Below, piece by piece: positions 1 through 9,632 of a stretch of 64,000 nucleotides of DNA. Under the pieces are notes generated by a model. That model was not told the origin of the DNA. It saw only the letters and a list, made by a program, of their open reading frames with translations, and searched no databases. This stretch comes from Bacillales bacterium UBA4691 (GTDB lineage: Bacteria; Bacillota_I; Bacilli_A; RFN20; CAG-826). The stretch covers positions 9,791-73,790 of the forward strand of contig DHKP01000007.1 of the NCBI GenBank assembly GCA_002404865.1. Reading direction: 5' to 3'. The number at the start of each line of letters is the position of its first letter. Position 1 is the stretch's first letter. The translations under genes were made by a program, and so were the position numbers.

Positions 1-258
1 GAAACGGCTTTTCAGAAGCATTTAGGCGATGATTTCTTGCTTGTGGAAAAAGATGATATCATCAAAATGAAATTCTTTGGTGAAGGGGATCCTGCCAAAA
101 TCAGTCTCGATTTTATCGGGGATTATGTGGGTATTAGTAAAACCAATACGGTCTTGAAGGAATACTTCGGCAATAAAGACAAGCATCCTCTTATCGGCCA
201 CCATAGCGGGGCTAGCAAAGAAGAACGGGAGATTCTATTAGGGGTATATAATCTTTAG
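1..258 (+). CDS. 3' fragment of an unidentified protein; the frame is open from base 1
   Basis: Frame 1 is open from position 1 to the stop at 256-258. The track's 73-aa ORF is its C-terminal part. No motif recognised. Confidence 0.35.
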   Translation, partial: ETAFQKHLGDDFLLVEKDDIIKMKFFGEGDPAKISLDFIGDYVGISKTNTVLKEYFGNKDKHPLIGHHSGASKEEREILLGVYNL

Positions 259-321
259 ATAAGCAACGATGACTCACTTCAATAATTTCTAGCAATGAAG
301 ATTGCTCCCGTCTATAATCAT

Positions 322-531
322 TTCGTCGAAGAAACAGAGGGATTTACCTTGTTTCCTAGTAAAGTGAGCCTGCGTTGGTGAGAAAAGGCCTAGAGGAACG
401 GTAATGAGTCGCTATGGAGACGGTAACCGGCCTTAACGGAAAAAAGAAGTGCAAGATTTATCTTGAACTAAGGTGGTACCACGCATTTAGCGCCCTTAGA
501 AAAACGAGGGCGTTTTATTTTTTGGAGGAAT
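322..531 (+). promoter_or_regulatory. T-box riboswitch leader of valS with intrinsic terminator
   Basis: The T-box consensus AAGGUGGUACCACG lies at about 472-486. It is followed by a CGCCC...GGGCG hairpin plus a U-run (490-523) directly upstream of the valS RBS GGAGG. A possible -10 TATAAT is at 313-318. Confidence 0.7.
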
Positions 532-534
532 AGT

Positions 535-3120
535 ATGCTCGACAAACATTATGACCACAAAGAAGTGGAAAAAGGAAAATACGATAGCTGGGTGAGCAAA
601 GGGTACTTTACCGCTGGCGATTTATCGAAAAAGCCATTTTCCATGGTGATTCCGCCACCAAACGTGACCGGTAAATTGCATTTAGGACACGTCATGGATA
701 CGATTCCTGACGATATCATTTGCCGTTACAAACGAATGAAAGGCTACGATGTTTTATGGGTCCCTGGAACCGACCATGCAGGAATCGCTACCCAAGCGAA
801 AGTGGATGCTGCTTTAAACGCAAAAGGGATATCCCGTTATGACATTGGGCGAGAGGCTTTCTTAGAAGAAGCTTGGAAATGGAAAAAAGAATACGCTTCA
901 ATCATCCATTCGCAATGGGCAAAGCTAGGCTTATCCGTTGATTATACACGTGAAAGATTTACGTTAGACGATGGCTTATCCAAAGCGGTGCGGCGCGTTT
1001 TTGTGACGCTATATAACGAAGGGCTAATCTATCGCGGGGAAAAAATCATTAACTGGGACCCAGTCATGAAAACGGCCTTAAGCAACATTGAGGTTATTTA
1101 TAAAGACGATCCTGGAGAATTCTTTTATTTTTCTTACGATGTTATCGGGACAAAAGACAAACTAATCGTTGCGACAACGCGTCCCGAAACGATGTTTGGC
1201 GATACTGCGGTTTTCGTCAATCCAAAAGACGAACGTTATGCTAAATACGTTGGCAAGAAATGCATTAACCCCGCTAACGGCGACATTTTACCGATTATCT
1301 CGGACGAATATGTCGACAAGAGTTTCGGGACGGGTGTCATGAAATGCACACCAGCTCATGACCCTAACGACTTCGCCTTAGCGAAAAAATATGGTTTCCC
1401 GTTCATTAAAGTTCTCACTGAAGAAGCGAAGATGAATGAAAGAGCGGGGAAATACGAAGGCATGGACCGTTATGAGTGTCGGAAAGTGCTTGTGGAAGAC
1501 ATCAAAGAAAGCGGGCATCTAGTGAAGATTGAAAAAATCGTTCATAACGTTGGCCATAGTGAACGGAGCGGGGCGGTTGTTGAGCCAATGCTCAGTAAGC
1601 AATGGTTCGTCAAAATGAAACCTCTTGCCGCCTCGATTTTGTCCAGCCAAAAAGGAAAAGAGAATAAAGTCGAATTCATTCCACATCGTTTTGAAAAAGT
1701 CTTGACTCGTTGGATGGAAAATGTCGATGATTGGTGCATTTCGCGCCAACTTTGGTGGGGACATAGAATTCCTGCTTATTATCACAAAAAAACGGGCGGG
1801 ATCTTAGTGAGCGAGGAGCCGCCAAAAGATATTGAAAATTACACGCAAGATGAAGATGTCTTAGATACATGGTTTAGTAGTGGTTTATGGCCATTTTCCA
1901 CTTTAGGATGGCCAAATACCGACTCCCCAGATTATCAGCGCTATTTCCCGACTGATGCTTTGGTCACTGGTTACGACATCATCTTTTTCTGGGTGAGCCG
2001 CATGATGTTCCAATCTCTTCATTTCACGAAGAAAGCCCCATTTAAAAAAGTGATTATCCATGGCTTAATCCGTGATGAACAAGGCCGAAAAATGTCAAAA
2101 TCATTAGGGAATGGCATTGATCCGATTGACGTTATCGAAAAATACGGCGTCGATGCTCTCCGCTATTTTATTTCCACGAATAGTACCCCGGGGCTCGATA
2201 TGCGTTATAGCGATGCCAAAGTGATTGCCTCAAGTAACTATTTAAATAAAATCTGGAATAGCTGCCGCTTTGTCGAAATGGTGATAGGGGATAATTTTGA
2301 ACCGCGATCAATCGAAAAAAAGAGACTTTCGACGATCGATGCATCCATATTAGACAAATTAGAGAGAACCATTAAAAAAGTTTCCGCGAAAATGGAACAG
2401 TTCCAATTTGGGCAAGCTTCAACGATTCTTTATAACTTTGTCTATGATGATTTTTGCTCTTCTTACTTAGAAATGAGCAAAGTCGCGCTTCAAAACGAAG
2501 GCGAAGAAGCCGAAATCACGAAAAATGTGCTTTATAAGGTAATGCGTGAAATCATTCTCATGATTAGCCCATACGCTCCTTTCGTTTCCGAAGAGATGTA
2601 TTTATCTCTTCCAAAACATTTAGAAAGCGTATGTCTAGAGTCTTATCCGGAATATGACCGCTCCTTGCTCAACAAAAAAGCAACCGAAAAAGTGAGCATT
2701 TTAGAGCAAATGATCCGTGACATCCGCAACTACAAGAGTTCGAACAATATCGCTCCTAATGCTGCAGTTAAACTAGTTATTTCGCCAAAAGAGCCTTTTA
2801 TCGGCGCGAGTACTTATTTAAAGCGCTTCACATTCGCTAGTGAAATCAAAATATCTGCTACACCACTAGAAGGCAATCCGTTCTTCTATGATGGCTACGA
2901 GCTTCTTACTGAGGAAGACATTGATAAAGGTGCCTTGTTGGACCGCCTTAGCAAAGAGAAAGAAAAACTAGAAAACGAGGTAGCACGTGGCGAAAAGATT
3001 CTTTCTAACAAAGGATTCCTCAATAAGGCTCCCGCGGAAAAAGTGAAGCTCGAACAAGAAAAACTTCAAAAGAACCGCTCTTTGCTCGATAACATTGTGC
3101 ACAAAATACAATCTTTGTAA
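535..3120 (+). CDS. valS: valyl-tRNA synthetase
   Basis: 861 aa with class I HIGH (PNVTGKLHLGH) and KMSKS motifs and a C-terminal coiled coil. Classic valS context. Confidence 0.95.
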   Translation: MLDKHYDHKEVEKGKYDSWVSKGYFTAGDLSKKPFSMVIPPPNVTGKLHLGHVMDTIPDDIICRYKRMKGYDVLWVPGTDHAGIATQAKVDAALNAKGISRYDIGREAFLEEAWKWKKEYASIIHSQWAKLGLSVDYTRERFTLDDGLSKAVRRVFVTLYNEGLIYRGEKIINWDPVMKTALSNIEVIYKDDPGEFFYFSYDVIGTKDKLIVATTRPETMFGDTAVFVNPKDERYAKYVGKKCINPANGDILPIISDEYVDKSFGTGVMKCTPAHDPNDFALAKKYGFPFIKVLTEEAKMNERAGKYEGMDRYECRKVLVEDIKESGHLVKIEKIVHNVGHSERSGAVVEPMLSKQWFVKMKPLAASILSSQKGKENKVEFIPHRFEKVLTRWMENVDDWCISRQLWWGHRIPAYYHKKTGGILVSEEPPKDIENYTQDEDVLDTWFSSGLWPFSTLGWPNTDSPDYQRYFPTDALVTGYDIIFFWVSRMMFQSLHFTKKAPFKKVIIHGLIRDEQGRKMSKSLGNGIDPIDVIEKYGVDALRYFISTNSTPGLDMRYSDAKVIASSNYLNKIWNSCRFVEMVIGDNFEPRSIEKKRLSTIDASILDKLERTIKKVSAKMEQFQFGQASTILYNFVYDDFCSSYLEMSKVALQNEGEEAEITKNVLYKVMREIILMISPYAPFVSEEMYLSLPKHLESVCLESYPEYDRSLLNKKATEKVSILEQMIRDIRNYKSSNNIAPNAAVKLVISPKEPFIGASTYLKRFTFASEIKISATPLEGNPFFYDGYELLTEEDIDKGALLDRLSKEKEKLENEVARGEKILSNKGFLNKAPAEKVKLEQEKLQKNRSLLDNIVHKIQSL

Positions 3121-3184
3121 ATCAAAGCATTTTTTTGGTAAAAACGCTCCTTTTGCCCCTATTAAAGAGTGAAAGGAGTTTTTT

Positions 3185-3367
3185 ATGAAAGGAATACCAT
3201 TAACCAACAAAGAAAAGAAGGAGATCGTTCCAGGAGAGGCGATTACATTAGCCGCTGTCTTATCCATTTTGTCTATCTCTTTAATCGCTGTAGTCGTATA
3301 CCGCATATTCATGAGCAAAAAAGGAACACTTAAACTTCCTGGTGGCTGGGCGTTTTCTTGGAACTAA
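3185..3367 (+). CDS. small single-TM membrane protein (60 aa)
   Basis: Good RBS AAAGGAG 8 nt upstream. One hydrophobic helix ITLAAVLSILSISLIAVVVY. Confidence 0.4.
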   Translation: MKGIPLTNKEKKEIVPGEAITLAAVLSILSISLIAVVVYRIFMSKKGTLKLPGGWAFSWN

Positions 3368-3370
3368 TTT

Positions 3371-4084
3371 ATGAAAATCCAAGAAATAGACAAAAATGTC
3401 AGGCCTAGAGAAAAAGCGCAGCTAAAAGGTTTCGATGGCCTCAGCGATGAAGAACTTTTAGCAATCATCTTAGGGAAGGGCGTAAAAGAGAAAAACGCGA
3501 TTGAAGTCGCTCGCTCTTTGCTTGACTGTTGCCGTGGATTTACTGGCTTATTTAAAAGCGATATGGCCCATTTATGTTCCTTTTTGGGGATAGGGAAGGT
3601 CAAAGCTATCGAATTGCTTGCGATAGCTGAAATCACTAGAAGGGCAGCGAAAGAAACTCTACCCTCCTTAAAGAGGCCAACTAGCGAAGAAATTTTTAAG
3701 GCTTATGCGCCTTCGGTAGCCTTACTTGAAAAGGAGACAGTTGTTTTGCTTCTTTTTGATCGCTCCGGATCTTACCAAGGCGAACGCTCTATTTCCATCG
3801 GCACAGAAGATTCGGTTACTTTTTCCCATTTAGAGATTTTGCGAACCTTATTACGCTCCAACGCCCATTATTTTTATTTGCTTCACAATCATCCAAGTGG
3901 GGACCCACTCCCGAGCAAAGGAGAAGTGAGTGATACCCTTCGCTTGAAAGAAGAAGCGGAAGAACTGTTTCTCTATCTGATTGATCACATCATCATTAGC
4001 AAAAATCGTTACTTTTCGTTTTCCTCCAACCAATTATTCGATAGTTGCAAAGAAAGAAAAACATCGTTGAATTCAAGGGCATGA
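3371..4084 (+). CDS. radC: RadC/UPF0758 JAMM-family protein
   Basis: HhH N-terminus and the HNHPSG JAMM motif. Confidence 0.85.
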   Translation: MKIQEIDKNVRPREKAQLKGFDGLSDEELLAIILGKGVKEKNAIEVARSLLDCCRGFTGLFKSDMAHLCSFLGIGKVKAIELLAIAEITRRAAKETLPSLKRPTSEEIFKAYAPSVALLEKETVVLLLFDRSGSYQGERSISIGTEDSVTFSHLEILRTLLRSNAHYFYLLHNHPSGDPLPSKGEVSDTLRLKEEAEELFLYLIDHIIISKNRYFSFSSNQLFDSCKERKTSLNSRA

Positions 4085-4649
4085 AACAACACAAAAATTC
4101 TGTCATTTTTTTGACTATTAAGGCAATAATGAGACAAAATCAGGAATCCGTTGAATGAAAAAATATTTCTAAATGGTTCTACATCGCTAGATTTATTACG
4201 AATATATTCAGTACGCTTTGTTTTTTGATTGCGGTTTGTATGGACACTTATTAAGAATAGCAACACTGTTATTAGAGAATTCTTAAATAATAATCCTCGT
4301 CAAAATCGAACCTTCAATGATTTAAAACTAGCTGCGGCTTTAGCAATGAAACATTCAATTTTTTTGATTACGCTAATGAATGGAGAGGAAGTAGAGGGTT
4401 CTCAAGAATAAAGAAAGGGGAATAGGATTGAGAAAAAGAGCACAGGATTTTACATTGTTGCTTCTGCTTTCTGGTTTTGTCGAATTATCTAAGTTGGACT
4501 GTCTCGATTCTACTGCATTTCTTTCAAAAATAGACGAGAAGAAGTAGGATAAGCAAGTCATTAACGCTCCTTCCGAAAACCGTTTTTTATATGAAGGTCG
4601 TTCGCTTTTTACTTGCTTTAGTTACTTTAACTAAGTATATTTACTAACG

Positions 4650-4748
4650 TTGTTGCCCTTCTTTTAGGGCTACAACCGCATCGAATTGGTTTTAAAGTCA
4701 AGAAATTGCACCATTAGAGCGAGTAATTAGCCATAGGAGGAACAAAGC
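4650..4748 (+). promoter_or_regulatory. putative rplU (L21) leader / 5'UTR
   Basis: Structured-looking untranslated segment (GTTGCCC..AGGGCTACAAC hairpin) directly upstream of the rplU RBS. By analogy to the L21 leader of Firmicutes. Confidence 0.25.
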
Positions 4749-5057
4749 ATGTACGCCATTGTTGAAACTGGTGGAAAGCAAGTCAAGGTCGCTGTCGGTG
4801 ACAAAATCTACGTGGAAAAATTAGACGCGGCAGCCGGCAAGGAAATTACCCTTGATAAAGTTCTCTTCGTCGGAGGCGAAAAAACAATCGTTGGAAATCC
4901 TTATGTTAAGGATGCCAACGTTGTTGCCAAAGTCGAAAAGCAAGGTCTTTCCAAAAAAATCACCATCTACAAGTACAAAAGCAAGGCTAACGAGAGAAAG
5001 ACCATCGGTCATCGTCAGCCTTACACTTGCTTAGTGATCAAAACCATTAACGCCTAA
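4749..5057 (+). CDS. rplU: ribosomal protein L21
   Basis: [14 protein letters not shown] signature. Operon rplU-prp-rpmA. Confidence 0.95.
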   Translation: MYAIVETGGKQVKVAVGDKIYVEKLDAAAGKEITLDKVLFVGGEKTIVGNPYVKDANVVAKVEKQGLSKKITIYKYKSKANERKTIGHRQPYTCLVIKTINA

Positions 5058-5374
5058 TGATAAAGATTCAAGTTACTTATTGTAAGCATTCCTTCGTTAG
5101 CTTAATCTCCAGTGGACACGCAAAGTTTGCTGAAGAAGGTAAAGACATTGTCTGTGCCGCAGTTAGCGCCATCCTTCAAGGTGGGGTACAAGCCCTAAAA
5201 GACAATGAAAGTTACTATTCGTTGACGATGAAAAAAGGGTATCTTGAAATCAAAAGAATCGCGCCAAATATGAGCGAGCATGACGAGACAGTCATTGAAA
5301 CGATTATTACGCAATTAGAAAGCATCGCACAGGTTTCGAATGGACATGTGCTGCTAGAAAGGAAGCAAAAATGA
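5057..5374 (+). CDS. prp: ribosomal-processing cysteine protease Prp (YsxB)
   Basis: Sits between L21 and L27. Conserved Cys in the [10 protein letters not shown] motif. Confidence 0.85.
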   Translation: MIKIQVTYCKHSFVSLISSGHAKFAEEGKDIVCAAVSAILQGGVQALKDNESYYSLTMKKGYLEIKRIAPNMSEHDETVIETIITQLESIAQVSNGHVLLERKQK

Positions 5375-5661
5375 AATTTGTTATCGATTTACAGCTCTTC
5401 GCTTCCAAGAAGGGCGTCTCTAGCACAAAAAACGGCCGTGATAGCGCTGGTCGCAGATTAGGTGCTAAAGTCGGTGATGGCCAAAAGGTCCTTGCTGGTA
5501 ATATTCTCTACCGTCAACGTGGAACGAGAATGAAAGCCGGTGAAGGGGCAGGGCTTGGCGGAGATGATACCATCTTTGCCCGCATCGACGGCATTGTGAA
5601 ATTCGAACGTGTCGGCAAGACCGGAAAAAAGATTTCAGTCTACGCCGTTGAATCGAAATAA
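5371..5661 (+). CDS. rpmA: ribosomal protein L27 with N-terminal propeptide
   Basis: N-terminal extension [15 protein letters not shown], the part Prp cleaves, followed by the L27 core. Confidence 0.95.
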   Translation: MKFVIDLQLFASKKGVSSTKNGRDSAGRRLGAKVGDGQKVLAGNILYRQRGTRMKAGEGAGLGGDDTIFARIDGIVKFERVGKTGKKISVYAVESK

Positions 5662-5671
5662 GCAGACTAAT

Positions 5672-5706
5672 GAGGCGGCCCTTTGAAAGGAGGGCCGCTT
5701 TTGTTT
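5672..5706 (+). terminator. rho-independent terminator after rpmA
   Basis: GCGGCCCT-TTGAAAGGA-GGGCCGC hairpin followed by TTTTGTTT. Confidence 0.7.
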
Positions 5707-5737
5707 AAAATATCGAAAGCGCTTAAAATGTAATCCT

Positions 5738-6496
5738 ATGAAGCTATCCATAATCTTGCCTGTAAGGAATCAAACGGACAAATTACTCAGAAATTTAAAA
5801 GAGAAAATCATTCCCTATTTTGATAATCAGCACATTCTCTACGATATTTTGGTCGAAAGCGATGGTTCCTCAAAAGAAGAGGAAGAAAAATTAGAAAGGG
5901 GGTTACTCACTATGCCTATGCAAGTGAAACACATTCCCTACGAGAATAAGTTTGGAAAAGGATACGCTATCAAGAAAGGAATCCTTTTTTCGAATAGTGA
6001 TTACGTTCTTTTTATGGATGTGGATCTTTCTACCGATTTAAGCGCTTTCGAAGCAATAAAGAAAGATTTGGGAAAATACGACTGCTTCATCGGAAGCCGC
6101 GAGGCCAAAGGAGCTAAAATCGTTGAAAAACAGACTCTTTTACGCCGTTTAACCCATTGGGGCTGTATCACTTTGATTCGCTTTAAATTTCACTTAAAAG
6201 GAATCACTGATACGCAGTGCGGCTACAAAATGTTCCGAACAAATGTCGCTAAAATAATGGCAAAGCACCAAATCATTGATGCTTTTGCCTTCGATGTTGA
6301 ATACTTATATTTCCTTTCCTTAAATCATTTTACTATTAAAGAGGTACCGGTCATTTGGAAAGACGATCCTGATAGTAGTATCTCCCCAAAGCTAATGAAT
6401 ATTTCATGGAATTTCTACAAAGCGCTCCATAAAATCAAGAAAAACAAAAAGAATTACCTATTAAGTGAAGAAGAAAAGATGTCTCTAAAAGCTTAG
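5738..6496 (+). CDS. GT2 family glycosyltransferase (polyprenol-phosphate/DPM1-like)
   Basis: LSIILPVRN...DVDLS motifs of GT-A fold. Confidence 0.7.
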   Translation: MKLSIILPVRNQTDKLLRNLKEKIIPYFDNQHILYDILVESDGSSKEEEEKLERGLLTMPMQVKHIPYENKFGKGYAIKKGILFSNSDYVLFMDVDLSTDLSAFEAIKKDLGKYDCFIGSREAKGAKIVEKQTLLRRLTHWGCITLIRFKFHLKGITDTQCGYKMFRTNVAKIMAKHQIIDAFAFDVEYLYFLSLNHFTIKEVPVIWKDDPDSSISPKLMNISWNFYKALHKIKKNKKNYLLSEEEKMSLKA

Positions 6497-6511
6497 TTAA
6501 AAGGAGGCAAA

Positions 6512-7786
6512 ATGTTAATCGATCGTTGCGTTATTGAAGTAAGAAGCGGAAAGGGTGGTGATGGAGCCATCTGCTTTTTGCATGACAAAAACAAAGAATT
6601 CGGCGGCCCCGATGGCGGAAACGGAGGAAGGGGCGGAAGCGTTTATCTGATTGCCAAGAATAATCTCAATACCTTATACAATTTCCGTCATTCGCGGCTG
6701 ATTAAAGCGATGGACGGAGGGAAAGGCGATAAAAAGCTTATGACTGGTTTCTCTGCCCCTGATGTCATTGTTGAAGTACCAACTGGCACCGTCGTGAGCG
6801 AAGAAAAGACAGGAAGGATCATTGCAGATTTAAAAGAAGAAAACGAAAAAGTTCTTGTCGCAAAGGGAGGAAGGGGCGGAAAGGGGAATGCCGCCTATAA
6901 AACTTCAAGAAACCGTGCGCCTAGAATCGCGGAAAACGGCGAACCTGCCGAAAAAAAACGCATTATTTTAGAATTGAAGATGCTCGCCGATGCTGGATTA
7001 ATTGGCTTTCCTAGCGTTGGAAAATCAACTTTTTTGAACGTGGTCAGCAAAGCAAACGTTCCAACAGCGGATTATCCATTCACCACCTTGATACCAAATT
7101 TAGGCGTTGTTTATCTACCTGATGGAAGGTCTTTTGTTTTGGCGGATATGCCTGGATTAATTCAAGGGGCGCATGAAGGAAAAGGGTTAGGGATTCAGTT
7201 TCTTCGTCATATCGAAAGGACGAGGGTTTTGATTCACCTCGTTTCCATGGGTGGGGAACGCGATCCAGTCGAAGATTATAAAGCAATTCGAAAAGAACTC
7301 TCTTCCTATGGCGCTAGATTGGACGAGCGCCCAGAAATCGTTGTCGCAAGCAAAATGGATTGTGAAGGCGCCTTAGAAAGGAAAGAAAAGTTTGACAATG
7401 CTTTAGGGATTCATTCTTTGCCTCTTTGCTCATTGACGCACGAAGGCATCCAAAACATTATTTCGAAAGCCAAAGAGTTTATTGATATTACTCCTTCCTT
7501 CCCTCTCAAAGGTATGGAGAAATTTGAAAAAGTCAAAGTTTATGATGGACACGATGACGAAGGTCCACTATTTGTCATCAAACGTGTTTCTTCCCACGAA
7601 TGGAAAATTGAAGGAGATAAAGTCATTGAAAAGGCCGGTCGTATCAATACCCATGAAGAGGAGGGTTTGGCGTTACTCGTGAAATATCTAGACTCCATCG
7701 GAATCGAAAAAGCGCTGAAAGAAAAAGGAATAACTGAGGGAGACATCGTTCATTTAGGAGATTACACCTTCGAATATAGCGAATAG
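6512..7786 (+). CDS. obg: GTPase Obg/CgtA
   Basis: Glycine-rich Obg fold (GGDGG, GGRGG), G-domain GFPSVGKST, C-terminal OCT/TGS domain. Confidence 0.9.
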   Translation: MLIDRCVIEVRSGKGGDGAICFLHDKNKEFGGPDGGNGGRGGSVYLIAKNNLNTLYNFRHSRLIKAMDGGKGDKKLMTGFSAPDVIVEVPTGTVVSEEKTGRIIADLKEENEKVLVAKGGRGGKGNAAYKTSRNRAPRIAENGEPAEKKRIILELKMLADAGLIGFPSVGKSTFLNVVSKANVPTADYPFTTLIPNLGVVYLPDGRSFVLADMPGLIQGAHEGKGLGIQFLRHIERTRVLIHLVSMGGERDPVEDYKAIRKELSSYGARLDERPEIVVASKMDCEGALERKEKFDNALGIHSLPLCSLTHEGIQNIISKAKEFIDITPSFPLKGMEKFEKVKVYDGHDDEGPLFVIKRVSSHEWKIEGDKVIEKAGRINTHEEEGLALLVKYLDSIGIEKALKEKGITEGDIVHLGDYTFEYSE

Positions 7787-7907
7787 TGGCTATAATAATG
7801 GTGATGAAAAAAGGGAAAGATTATCTCACTACGACGGGTATCGTGGCAAGCAGCGCTTTATTTGGAATTCTCCTATCTCTTTTGTTTGTGTTGGTGTATT
7901 GATTATT

Positions 7908-8480
7908 ATGGGTATTTTTTATCAATTAAAAGGCACGGTTATCGCCTGTAACGAAGAACGAATCGCGTTAGATGTCCATGACGTTAGCTATGAAATTGTT
8001 TGTGCTCGTCCTTTTGACTTCGCCATTGGTTCCGCTGCGACGTTATTGATTCATGAGGTTATTAGTGAAGACGATCATTATTTAGTCGGTTTCCCTAACA
8101 AAATTGAAAAAGAAGCGTTTTTGTCCTTGATCGCTGTAAAAGGCATTGGCCCAAAAACGGCTTTAAATGCACTAAAAGCCACAACCCCCGATGCTATGTT
8201 TAAAGCAATCGAAAGCAATAACACCGCCTACTTAAAAAAATTGCCTGGTATTGGCCCTAAAGCCGCCGCCCAAATTATTTTGGATTTACGTGGGCATCTT
8301 GCTCCAAGTGGCAAAAGCGTTAACGAAAAACAATATGATGAAGTTCGCGCAGCTTTGAAAACGCTCGGTTTCAAAGCCAAAGATATCGACGATGCTTTAA
8401 GCACCATCAGCGAGCCTAACGCGAGTAACGAAGACATTCTTCGCCTTGCCCTTCGCAAATTAGGAAAGGGGAGCAAATGA
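7908..8480 (+). CDS. ruvA: Holliday junction helicase subunit RuvA
   Basis: Two HhH motifs (GIGPKTA / GIGPKAA). The track ORF starts at 7899, but Met4 is the likelier start. The stop overlaps the ruvB start (ATGA). Confidence 0.9.
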   Translation: MGIFYQLKGTVIACNEERIALDVHDVSYEIVCARPFDFAIGSAATLLIHEVISEDDHYLVGFPNKIEKEAFLSLIAVKGIGPKTALNALKATTPDAMFKAIESNNTAYLKKLPGIGPKAAAQIILDLRGHLAPSGKSVNEKQYDEVRAALKTLGFKAKDIDDALSTISEPNASNEDILRLALRKLGKGSK

Positions 8481-9490
8481 AAAAAGAAGAAAGAATACTA
8501 GATGCTCATAAAGAAGAAGACGAAGCGAATAGCGAAATTACGCTACGCCCGAAAACGCTTTCCGAATACGTTGGACAAGAAGAACTAAAGAAAAATCTTA
8601 AGATTTTTATCGGCGCAGCCAAAAAGCGAAACGAAACGCTTGATCACGTTCTTCTGTATGGCCCCCCAGGTTTGGGGAAAACAACAATGGCTTATGTCAT
8701 TGCGAATGAAATGGGCGGGAAAATCAGAACCGTTAATGGTCCTTCGATTGAACGCGCTGGCGATTTAGCGGCAATTTTAAGCGAATTGGAACCTGGTGAT
8801 GTCCTTTTCATTGACGAAATCCATCGACTTCCGCGAGTTGTGGAAGAAGTCCTTTATGGCGCAATGGAAGATTTTACTTTGTCGATATTAATCAATCGCG
8901 ATGGCGTCTCAAAAGCGATGAATTTGCCACTTCCTCCTTTTACTTTGGTAGGGGCGACAACTAGGGCTGGCGATTTATCAAACCCGCTTCGTTCTCGCTT
9001 TGGAATCTCAGCGAAAATTGATTTTTATAAAGAAGATGAGCTTTCGCAGATCATTGAACGAACTTCTAAGGTGTTTGGAACCTCCATCTCTATTGAAGCT
9101 AAAAAGTTGCTTGCTTCAAGAAGCAGAGGTACGCCTCGTATTGCGAATCGCCTTTATAAGCGCGTTCGGGATTTTGCTAACTATGGCGGGAAAACCACAA
9201 TTGACGAATCACTTGCACTAAGTGCTTTGAGTGCTTTAAAAATTGATAGTTTGGGGCTTGATGAGGTCGACATTAAATATTTGCTTACAATTATTGACCG
9301 TTTTCATGGCGGTCCGGTTGGCTTAGAAAGCATCGCAAGTGCAATCGGAGAAGAAATCACCAATTTGGAAGATGTCTATGAACCGTATTTAGTTATGATA
9401 GGGCTAGTCAACCGCACGCCTCGAGGGCGCATTGCAACCGAAAAAGCCTACCATCATCTCAAAATCGCTCATCAAGGTTCTTTGTTTTAA
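8477..9490 (+). CDS. ruvB: Holliday junction helicase RuvB
   Basis: AAA+ Walker [10 protein letters not shown]. Confidence 0.95.
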   Translation: MKKEERILDAHKEEDEANSEITLRPKTLSEYVGQEELKKNLKIFIGAAKKRNETLDHVLLYGPPGLGKTTMAYVIANEMGGKIRTVNGPSIERAGDLAAILSELEPGDVLFIDEIHRLPRVVEEVLYGAMEDFTLSILINRDGVSKAMNLPLPPFTLVGATTRAGDLSNPLRSRFGISAKIDFYKEDELSQIIERTSKVFGTSISIEAKKLLASRSRGTPRIANRLYKRVRDFANYGGKTTIDESLALSALSALKIDSLGLDEVDIKYLLTIIDRFHGGPVGLESIASAIGEEITNLEDVYEPYLVMIGLVNRTPRGRIATEKAYHHLKIAHQGSLF

Positions 9491-9632
9491 TTTTGTAATT
9501 TCGAGCAAAGTTATCAATAAAGGTTCTTCTTAAGAAGAAATTGCTTCCGTAAATTCTTTCATTGTTGTATTGTATTCGTTGCGTACTAGCGATTTTTTTC
9601 GTGGACGTTGTCTTTAGGAGGAGCCTCCAGTT

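Noticed and set aside
4229-4411. Short ORFs in the radC-rplU gap.
   Set aside because: Overlapping ORFs in multiple frames, none with an RBS. More likely decayed remnants.
7798-7902. A 34-aa hydrophobic mini-ORF (MVMKKGKDYLTTTGIVASSALFGILLSLLFVLVY) between obg and ruvA.
   Set aside because: It has no Shine-Dalgarno and overlaps the ruvA start. It is plausible as a small membrane peptide but unsupported, so it is left uncalled.
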